In this document: piece after piece, positions 1-6,386 of the stretch
Layout: the number at the start of each line of letters is the position of its first letter
Position numbering within the stretch: the stretch's first letter is position 1
Source: an uncultured Deferribacteres bacterium
GTDB taxonomy: Bacteria; Zhuqueibacterota; Zhuqueibacteria; Zhuqueibacterales; Geothermadaptataceae
Assembly (NCBI GenBank): GCA_964014485.1
Contig: CAXHAT010000232.1
Coordinates: 1-11,270, forward strand
Direction of reading: 5' to 3'
DNA length: 11,270 nt
Translations under genes and position numbers: made by a program
Notes under the pieces: model-generated
Database searches by the model: none
Told to the model about the DNA's origin: nothing
What the model saw: the letters and a program-made list of their open reading frames with translations, nothing else

Positions 1-45
1 ACACCAAGAAGCTCGTCGGCAGCGTCAGATGTGTATAAGAGACAG
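1..45 (+). other. Library artefact: end of Illumina P5 (ACAC) + 8-nt putative i5 index (CAAGAAGC) + Nextera read-1 adapter including the Tn5 mosaic end
   Basis: 13-45 is exactly TCGTCGGCAGCGTC-AGATGTGTATAAGAGACAG. 1-4 ACAC matches the P5 3' end (…GATCTACAC), and 5-12 sits in the index position. Confidence 0.98.
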
Positions 46-1042
46 CTTCCTCAACATGACAGCCCAAATCTTCGAACGCCCTCAACGATTTTTCGAGCAC
101 AGAAACCACTTCTTTTTGAACCGGAAACTGGCCGAGATCACGGCTCCAGCCTATGCGCGTTCCTTTGAAGTCTTTCTTGAGCGGCTCCAGGAACTTTTTG
201 GGAGATTCGCTGATTGAGATTGGACTGCGGGGATCGAAGCCCGCCATTGCTGTAAGCAATAACACCGCGTCTCCAACATGACGCGCCATAGGCCCGATGA
301 CGGGGAGCGAATTCCAGGGCTGATGTTCGGGGTAATGCGGAATTCTGCCGGGCGAAGGGCGGAGGCCGACGATGTTATTGAAATTCGGCGGGTTGCGAAC
401 CGAACCGCCCAAATCGCTGCCATCGGCGAAGGGGAGCATACCGCTGGCCACGGCTGCTGCGCCGCCGCCGCTGCTGCCTCCTGCTGATTTTGTCAAATCG
501 TATGGATTTCTGGTAACCCCAAAAACTGGATTGAAGGTATGTGAGCCTGCGCCAAATTCCGGCGTATTGGATTTGCCGATGACAATCGCGCCGGCGAATT
601 TGAGTCGTTCAACAAAAAGATCATCAACTTCGGGGACGAAATCCTTGTAAATCGGCGAACCAAAAGTTGTGCGCATTCCTTTCGTCATTGCTAGGTCTTT
701 GATCGCGATTGGCAAACCGGCAAGCAATTTTGAACGTTCAGATTCCCCAAAATTCTCGTCCATTTTGCGGGCCTGCGTCATCGCCCGATCCGCATGCAGT
801 GTGCAAATCGCATTGACTTTTGGATTGACGCGGTCAATTTGCGCCAGAAACGATTCCACAACTTCTGCAACGCTGACCTGCCGCTGACGAATCATGTCTC
901 TAAGTTCAATCGCGGTTTTAAAGCAAAGTTCGGGCGCTTGGGCGGGAGCGGGGAAAGATCGGTTGGCGGTCGCGGAAAATCCAGTGCCCGCAGCCGCTCC
1001 AATTACGCCGCCAACGTCCTTCAATGCTTTTCTTCGTGTCAT
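46..1042 (-). CDS. Amidase signature (AS) family amidase with Tat-like N-terminal leader; 3'-truncated by the adapter
   Basis: Manual translation from ATG 1042: MTRRKALKDVGGVIGAAAG…LPIAIKDLAMTKGMRTTFGS…GKSNTPEFG…TRNPYDLTKSAGGSSGGGAAAVASGMLPFADGSDLGGSVRNP…GPMAR. The Ser-cisSer-Lys triad K115/S190/S214 has the 75/24 spacing typical of AS enzymes. Open for 332 codons up to the adapter. Not in the ORF track because it has no stop. Confidence 0.95.
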
Positions 1043-1071
1043 TTTCTACAGGTTCGCCAGAGGACGAAATT

Positions 1072-2736
1072 TCAGCGACGCAAGCCGAGAATCTGAGGTT
1101 TGCCCTCCGCGTCTTTACAGATAAAAACCCTCGTCGGTTTGATCCAACCCAGAGCTCCGCCGCGACGGACCTGCACGTCAACTTTGTGGGTTTTCTTCTT
1201 TTTCAAAAAATTCGAATCCCCGATTTTGCAAAACATTTTTCCGTCAGTATTTTTAAAACTGTCATTTATGCGGAAACGCCACGAAGACTCACTGCTCCGT
1301 GCGAGACCGGCTGTGATTGCCAGATCCTCAAAATGTAATTCGTAACCGCCGTCTTGATTCTGGCGCAGCTCGAAATTGTCCAGCGGAGACATCTTGCCGA
1401 ACCAATATCTCCCAATAATGTCCCGGCGCAGTTTTACTGTCTCAAACATATAATGCGCAGCGGCTGGGTCGGAATAATTCGCCTGCTCGATCACTACCCG
1501 CAGTTGCTCGTCCGTGAACGAAGTCACGATTTTGGCGCCCCAAAATGCGTCCTCGTACGTCATTAACTCAAACGCCGGATTGGGGATCACGAACTTGTAT
1601 TTTTCAGGATGAAAATTATTCGTGTCCAACCTGCCGATTGCCGGGTAAAGAACATCGCTTGGCGTTTCCCAGTCGTGGCGATTAAAGCCGAGCGAGAGAA
1701 AAGCCCCGGTAATTTCCGGCAGATCGATGCTTTCTTCGTACCCGATGTTTTCGAGTTTTGGCTTGTATCCCTGGCTGCCTAAAATTGAACCGAAATCTAT
1801 AAGGTAGTGGCGAAGATATTTCTCGTTTTCAAGATAGACGTTGAGGGTATTGTTTGCTTTGGTGTCATAGTGATTCAGCCAGGCCGCGATCACTTTTAGC
1901 CCACGCAACTCCCGGCGATGCTGGTGCGGAATAAAATCATTGGGATCGTCTTTTCTCATGCCTTCGTAGCGCCATGGGCCGAGCGGTTTTCCCGGCACAA
2001 ATTTGCTTGCGATTGCGGGAATCATGCCATTGGAATGCACGACAACGCGGCTGAGCAGTTTTTCCAAATCGCCTTGCGTCATCTGCCGCATGCGCCCTTT
2101 TTCGCCTCGCAGTTCGACGCCTTTCTTTATTCTCAATTTTTCAGGCGAAAAAATGACGCGGTAGTTCTCAGGGACATTGTATCCAGCCGCATGAAAAAGC
2201 AATGTGCCGATGATCTCCGCGCCTGTGTTTAGTTCAGGCGATCCCGGAGATTCAAACTTGATGACCCACCTGATCCCGCGTTCGTCTGTGACGTTAAATC
2301 CGGGCGTGACGCCTTCTGTTTTGACGCTAAAAATTTCCCAAATCTGGCTCGTATCCGGCGCAGGATCGGAATAAGGGCCTTGGACGATTTCTTCAGTGGA
2401 CATACGTTTTAGGCCGTTGCGATTGGTGAACCAACTGGAATTGGGGACTTCGCCAAAAGCGTCGGCATTGAAAGCGCGTCTTTTGTTGCCTGAGATATTG
2501 CGTAATTGGCGCGAAAAATCGAAAGATTGTTCGATTTGGTTGGAGATGGATTTATCGATGATGTCGCTCAGGATGACAATGTTCGTTTCTTTTGGCTCCG
2601 GAATCGGTTGCCGGTCGTCCGGGAGCGGGGAGGATGTTAAAAAGCCTGGACGTCCGGCGCATGAAAGGAAAGCAGCGGCGCAAATGAGAAACGTCAGGTT
2701 TGACAAGAGTTTTAAGAAAAACGCTAAAAAGCGCAT
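1072..2736 (-). CDS. 554-aa predicted lipoprotein with protein-kinase-like catalytic motifs (uncharacterised)
   Basis: Long ORF with a hydrophobic leader ending in lipobox FLS-C26. Motifs: EGVTPGF, WVIK160F, GAE174, HYD291TK293ANN296, YLID314FG. The CDS call is firm; the function is inferred. Confidence 0.85.
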   Translation of the reverse strand: MRFLAFFLKLLSNLTFLICAAAFLSCAGRPGFLTSSPLPDDRQPIPEPKETNIVILSDIIDKSISNQIEQSFDFSRQLRNISGNKRRAFNADAFGEVPNSSWFTNRNGLKRMSTEEIVQGPYSDPAPDTSQIWEIFSVKTEGVTPGFNVTDERGIRWVIKFESPGSPELNTGAEIIGTLLFHAAGYNVPENYRVIFSPEKLRIKKGVELRGEKGRMRQMTQGDLEKLLSRVVVHSNGMIPAIASKFVPGKPLGPWRYEGMRKDDPNDFIPHQHRRELRGLKVIAAWLNHYDTKANNTLNVYLENEKYLRHYLIDFGSILGSQGYKPKLENIGYEESIDLPEITGAFLSLGFNRHDWETPSDVLYPAIGRLDTNNFHPEKYKFVIPNPAFELMTYEDAFWGAKIVTSFTDEQLRVVIEQANYSDPAAAHYMFETVKLRRDIIGRYWFGKMSPLDNFELRQNQDGGYELHFEDLAITAGLARSSESSWRFRINDSFKNTDGKMFCKIGDSNFLKKKKTHKVDVQVRRGGALGWIKPTRVFICKDAEGKPQILGLRR

Positions 2737-2776
2737 AGAAAATTCCTGATTGAGTGGTCGTCTGATTCGAAGGCAA

Positions 2777-2785
2777 AAAATAGCA
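2777..2785 (-). promoter_or_regulatory. Possible extended -10 promoter (TGcTATTTT) for the lipoprotein-kinase/amidase unit
   Basis: Minus strand reads TGC-TATTTT about 40 nt upstream of ATG 2736. Motif match only. Confidence 0.3.
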
Positions 2786-2911
2786 ACTCTTGACGACGAA
2801 CAAAATTCTTTGCGACGGAAAAAAACGGATTGTTAACCCTTCTTAACCCGGTCTTCAGTTTTGACAACAAGTTCGTACAACACCTAAGAATGCAACTAGG
2901 AAATCCTGAAC

Positions 2912-3003
2912 TGTCATGCTGGAAGCATCTTTTTAAATCTTTTCCTTCGAAGTAGAAGGAACGTTCTTGCCTCGCGACCTAAATAGATTCCTGCGGAATG
3001 ACA
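2912..3003. repeat. REP-like inverted doublet (TGTCAT…ATCT / AGAT…ATGACA) with an internal hairpin
   Basis: The arms 2912-2930 TGTCATGCTGGAAGCATCT and 2985-3003 AGATTCCTGCGGAATGACA are 14/19 complementary, and each folds into its own 5-bp stem with a GNA triloop. The spacer holds a hairpin TTCCTTC/GAAGGAA at 2942-2961. Confidence 0.7.
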
Positions 3004-3162
3004 AACCGGAGGGCTCCCTAGATGCTTTCTAAGAGAATGGCTTGGTGCAACGCTAGTTCCTACGATTTTCCGCTGAAGACCGCACGTGATTTTTTGGGGA
3101 TTCTCGCCGTTCCAAGTCAACAATGAACAGAAAAGCGAACACCTATGACAGGAGGTCATAAC

Positions 3163-3567
3163 ATGTTTGGAAAGCCGGGCGTCTATCTTCTCGCGCTGCT
3201 CGTCTCCGGCTGCGCCGCAGGGAAGCATTCCACCCAAACAAGCAGTAATAAAAACCGTCATAACATGATTACAGCGTACGAGATCGCCGATTCGCACCAC
3301 ACAGGGGCGGCCTCGGCTTACGACGTTATTCGAACGCTGCGTCCGCATTTTTTGTATGCGCGCGGTTGTCAGGCAACCAACTCGCAGATTATGGAATCGC
3401 CGGCGGTTTATTTAAACGGAATTCATTTGTCGGGGGAAGATCGCTTGCAGGAGATACAGGCCAGCTCCATCGAAGAAATTCGATACCTTTCATCGATGGA
3501 GTCGAAGGTCTTGTATGCAGGCGTGAACAATTGCGGGGTTATTTCGATCCGTACGAAAAGTCAATAA
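3163..3567 (+). CDS. Small lipoprotein resembling a stand-alone TonB-dependent receptor plug domain (134 aa)
   Basis: AGGAGG (3150-3155) lies 7 nt before ATG 3163, so this start is preferred over 3145. Lipobox VSG-C17. Plug-like pattern ITAYEI…AYDVIRTLRP…RG…PAVYLNG…IQASSIEEIRYL…LY…GVISIRTK, with no beta-barrel following. Confidence 0.75.
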   Translation: MFGKPGVYLLALLVSGCAAGKHSTQTSSNKNRHNMITAYEIADSHHTGAASAYDVIRTLRPHFLYARGCQATNSQIMESPAVYLNGIHLSGEDRLQEIQASSIEEIRYLSSMESKVLYAGVNNCGVISIRTKSQ

Positions 3568-3575
3568 AAACGTGC

Positions 3576-3699
3576 AGGGGGTTGTCTCAAAACATAATAT
3601 TTTTGATGCGCTACACCACATGTAAGGGTTCAAAATCTTGAACCCCTACGACATGTTGCATGCCTTACATTCAGAGACCATGTTTTTGGACGGCCCCCT
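3576..3699. mobile_element. MITE-like element: 20-bp terminal inverted repeats enclosing a GTAG-type REP palindrome; may also act as a terminator between convergent genes
   Basis: 3576-3595 AGGGGGTTGTCTCAAAACAT and 3680-3699 ATGTTTTTGGACGGCCCCCT are 16/20 Watson-Crick complementary plus 3 G-T pairs. Inner palindrome 3622-3649 is GTAAGGGTTCAA-AATC-TTGAACCCCTAC (11/12). Confidence 0.6.
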
Positions 3700-3711
3700 T
3701 TTGCGACCGTA

Positions 3712-4239
3712 TTACTTTTGCGAGACTTTCGCGATAACGAGCCCGGCCAGAAAACCGGCAATCGTCAAGTCAACCAAATGTAAAAACGTGTATCCAAAGG
3801 AAAATCCCCACCAATTCCAATCGCCTGAGCGCGACATGAAGCCCCCGGCGAAAGCAACCACTGCCACAAAAACGCCAGCTTGCACCCCGGAAAGCCCTTG
3901 CGTTTTCGAAAACAACCAGGCCAAGACCAATCCTCCCAACAGCGACATAATTAAGCCTGAAATCATCGGCGTAACCATGTCCATGTTGGCGGTTTTTTGA
4001 ATAGCCGCCATCATGAAGGGGCCCGAGGCGTTTGGATCGTTTTCTACGTCTGGATAAAGCACGTAGACGCCGTCCTCGGGAACGTTTTCCGTGATTGCCT
4101 GGTTCATGGCTTTTTGCTGAGCCGACGGGAATTCGTTCCAGGTGGCTTCATGCCAGCCAAACGCCGTCCAGGAAAGCGTGTACCATACGTTAAAAACGAG
4201 GCCGGCAAGCAATCCGGCGATAATCAATTTCTTGTTCAT
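3712..4239 (-). CDS. Hypothetical integral membrane protein (about 4 TM helices, 175 aa; possibly DUF1761-like)
   Basis: AGGAGG (4250-4245) lies 5 nt before ATG 4239 (MNKKLIIAGLLAG…), so this start is preferred over 4293. One N-terminal and three C-terminal hydrophobic segments, with WNWWGF before the last helix. Confidence 0.8.
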   Translation of the reverse strand: MNKKLIIAGLLAGLVFNVWYTLSWTAFGWHEATWNEFPSAQQKAMNQAITENVPEDGVYVLYPDVENDPNASGPFMMAAIQKTANMDMVTPMISGLIMSLLGGLVLAWLFSKTQGLSGVQAGVFVAVVAFAGGFMSRSGDWNWWGFSFGYTFLHLVDLTIAGFLAGLVIAKVSQK

Positions 4240-4377
4240 TATTTCCTCCTTCCATTTAACACTTCTCGCCTTCTTGACTTTTTGAAAAGACAATAAGCTT
4301 TGACGAATCTAGTTAGCCGGAAACACCTTTTTTACAAAGACTTAAGCGACGAACTTAGGTTCATCCGTCAGACGTCA

Positions 4378-4788
4378 CTACATTTTTTGTTGCGTCAAGC
4401 TGAACCAATTGCCGGAATTGTCTTTGAAAACCGCTTCCACGCCATAAGGGCGCTCCTGCGGCGGCGAGATAAATTCAACGCCTTTTTCTTTCAAAGCTTC
4501 GTAGGTGGCGTGGCAATCGTCGGTCGCAAAAACGCCTGCACCCATCAAGCCTTTTTCAACAAATGACTTTAGCTGTGCGGCGCTTTCTTCGTCCAGAGAC
4601 GGGCCAGACTGGACGGCCATCAGGACGATTTCGAGTTCAGCCTGATTTGGCGCGCTGACGGTCAGCCAGCGAAATCCTTCCATCGTAACGTCCGTGCAGA
4701 CCTTAAAACCGAGCTTCTCCGTGTAAAAATTCAACGCTTCGTCCTGATCCAGGACATACATCGTAGCGTGGGATAATTTGGTAATCAT
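4378..4788 (-). CDS. VOC (glyoxalase/bleomycin resistance) family protein
   Basis: KLSHATMYVLDQDEALNFYTEKLGF…RWLTV…TDDCHATYEALKEKGVEF…PYGVEAVFKDNSGNWFSL is a typical paired beta-alpha-beta-beta-beta VOC sequence. Confidence 0.92.
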   Translation of the reverse strand: MITKLSHATMYVLDQDEALNFYTEKLGFKVCTDVTMEGFRWLTVSAPNQAELEIVLMAVQSGPSLDEESAAQLKSFVEKGLMGAGVFATDDCHATYEALKEKGVEFISPPQERPYGVEAVFKDNSGNWFSLTQQKM

Positions 4789-4920
4789 GAGAAATCCTTT
4801 GGTTAGAATTGAGGATAAATTGCGACGTTCTGTTTCGCCGCGAACCGTACGGGGATGAATAAAACAAACCTAATGCTCTTCCGCTTCTCGAAAATTGCTC
4901 AACATTCTTCGTGTGCAAAA

Positions 4921-5358
4921 CTAAAGCGATTGAGCGGCCTGCTTGGTCGACGGTCTTGGAGCGAATTTTAGCAGAAAACAGGCGGGGACGATCAGGTCGG
5001 GGTAGGTGTAAGGAATTTGTATCGTCATCGTCGTGCGCGCTCGAAATTCCGTTGGCGATGACCCGGTGCAACGGTGAAACAATGTGCTGAAAGAACCCAG
5101 GCTCTGGAAGCCGACGTCGAAGCAAATTTCCGTAATCGGGCGGGAGGTGTAGGAAAGCAAGTACTTGGCTTTTTCAATACGCCTTTGGGTCAAATATTGG
5201 TGCGGCGTTTGACCAAACGCGTTGCGAAAAAGCCGCAAAAAATGATAAGGCGAGAGATAGGCTTCTCGGGAAATATTCTCCAAAGCCAGCGGGGCGGCGT
5301 AGCAATCGTTGATAAATTCTCTTGCGCGACAAAGGCGGATATAAACTTGTTCATGCAT
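4921..5358 (-). CDS. Short AraC/XylS-family transcriptional regulator (DNA-binding domain only, 145 aa)
   Basis: LENISREAYLSPYHFLRLFRNAFGQTPHQYLTQRRIEKAKYLL…ITEICFDVGFQSLGSFSTLFHRCTGSSP is the double helix-turn-helix AraC signature. Confidence 0.93.
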   Translation of the reverse strand: MHEQVYIRLCRAREFINDCYAAPLALENISREAYLSPYHFLRLFRNAFGQTPHQYLTQRRIEKAKYLLSYTSRPITEICFDVGFQSLGSFSTLFHRCTGSSPTEFRARTTMTIQIPYTYPDLIVPACFLLKFAPRPSTKQAAQSL

Positions 5359-5366
5359 TTCAAAAA

Positions 5367-6359
5367 TTACCTTGAACCATAATTATGCTCGGTTCTCTCT
5401 TCGTTGCGGTCGGTCGCCGGGGGCGGCTCTTCGGAGAACCCGGAGATTTTCGCATACAAGTCAGCGGTCATTTTGATTTCCATCGCTTTCAGCGACGGCT
5501 CCAATTGCTCCAGATTACGCGCGCCAATAATTGGAGCGGTCACTCCAGGGTGCGCGGCTACCCAAGCCACGGCCAAACTGGCCGGATGTACGCCCATGCC
5601 TCGTGCAAGCGCTGAAAGCTTATCCGCCGTTTCTAAATGGCGCGCGTCGCCGTAGCGGACTTCATACATTTTGTTTTCGACAAGCCTGCCGGATAGGGGA
5701 CGGGAGCTTTTGCTGTATTTTCCCGTCAACAGGCCGCCGCCCAACGGGCTGTAGGGAATGACCCCGAGATTCTCCGACTGCGCCATCGGCAAAATTTCGA
5801 CTTCGGCTTGTCTTTTCACGAGGTTGTACATTGGCTGGAGACACTTGAACGCCGCCCAGTTTTTTGCCGCGGAAATACCGCGCGCCTTTGCAACCTGCCA
5901 TGCCGCAAAATTGCTCGCTGCCGGATACAGAACTTTTCCTTGCTGCACCAGAACGTCCAGCGCGGACAATGTTTCTTCGAGCGAAGTTGCGTCGTCAAAC
6001 CTGTGGATAAAATAGACGTCTATGTAGTCGGTTTTCAATCTTTTGAGGCTCGCATCCACGGCTGCGAAAATATGTTTTCTGGAAGCGCCGCGCGCATTAA
6101 CATCATCGCCCATCGGAAAATAAACCTTGCTGGTGATCACCATTTCTTCACGGCAATCCCGAATAAAATCTCCTAGAATTTCTTCCGAACGCCCGCGATT
6201 GTAGACATTCGCACAATCGAAGAAATTGATTCCGGCGTCACGACACCGGTTGAAAAGCGCTCTGGATGCTGCGTCGTCCGCCTGCCCGCCAAAAGTCATT
6301 GCACCGAAGCACAAGCGGGAAACTTTAACGCCGGTATCGCCAAGAAAAGTATATTCCAT
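5367..6359 (-). CDS. Aldo/keto reductase
   Basis: LGDTGVKVSRLCFGAMTFG; catalytic tetrad D48/Y53/K78/H119 (FFDCANVY, ITSKV, DVYFIH); PYSPLGGGLLTGKY; PIIGARNLEQL. Confidence 0.95.
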   Translation of the reverse strand: MEYTFLGDTGVKVSRLCFGAMTFGGQADDAASRALFNRCRDAGINFFDCANVYNRGRSEEILGDFIRDCREEMVITSKVYFPMGDDVNARGASRKHIFAAVDASLKRLKTDYIDVYFIHRFDDATSLEETLSALDVLVQQGKVLYPAASNFAAWQVAKARGISAAKNWAAFKCLQPMYNLVKRQAEVEILPMAQSENLGVIPYSPLGGGLLTGKYSKSSRPLSGRLVENKMYEVRYGDARHLETADKLSALARGMGVHPASLAVAWVAAHPGVTAPIIGARNLEQLEPSLKAMEIKMTADLYAKISGFSEEPPPATDRNEERTEHNYGSR

Positions 6360-6386
6360 TGATTAAACCGTCTTGTGTTGATGGGT

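Noticed and set aside
29..217. 62-aa ORF starting MCIRDS
   Set aside because: The start is the translated adapter (ATGTGTATAAGAGACAG), and the rest is antisense to the amidase.
46..1042. Calling the amidase gatA
   Set aside because: It has an extra Tat-like leader, no gatC upstream, and EFGAGSHT/GSDLGGSVRNP rather than the GatA-type DEFAMGSS/GSDTGGSIRQP.
278..1124. Several + strand ORFs (278-487, 372-650, 669-887, 794-1096, 894-1124) with Ala/Pro runs
   Set aside because: These are antisense shadows of the amidase. The low-complexity GCC/GCT run at about 450-485 is the codon pattern of GGSSGGGAAA, not a tandem repeat.
3155..3267. 11-bp direct repeat GTCATAACATG at 3155-3165 and 3257-3267
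   Set aside because: Only two copies, one inside coding sequence, with no element structure between them. Compatible with chance and not a CRISPR.
2914..3348. 144-aa minus-strand ORF
   Set aside because: It overlaps the better-supported plug lipoprotein in antisense, runs through a repeat element, and has no recognisable motif.
4300..4372. Imperfect inverted/direct repeat (TGACGAATCTA…TAGGTTCATCCGTCA) between the VOC and membrane-protein genes
   Set aside because: Short, needs a 4-nt bulge and has a long loop. Too weak to call.
4870..4923. Genome-wide TAG recoding (or pyrrolysine) as an explanation for the AraC extension
   Set aside because: TAG ends the VOC gene and yajC at their expected family lengths, so it acts as a normal stop here.
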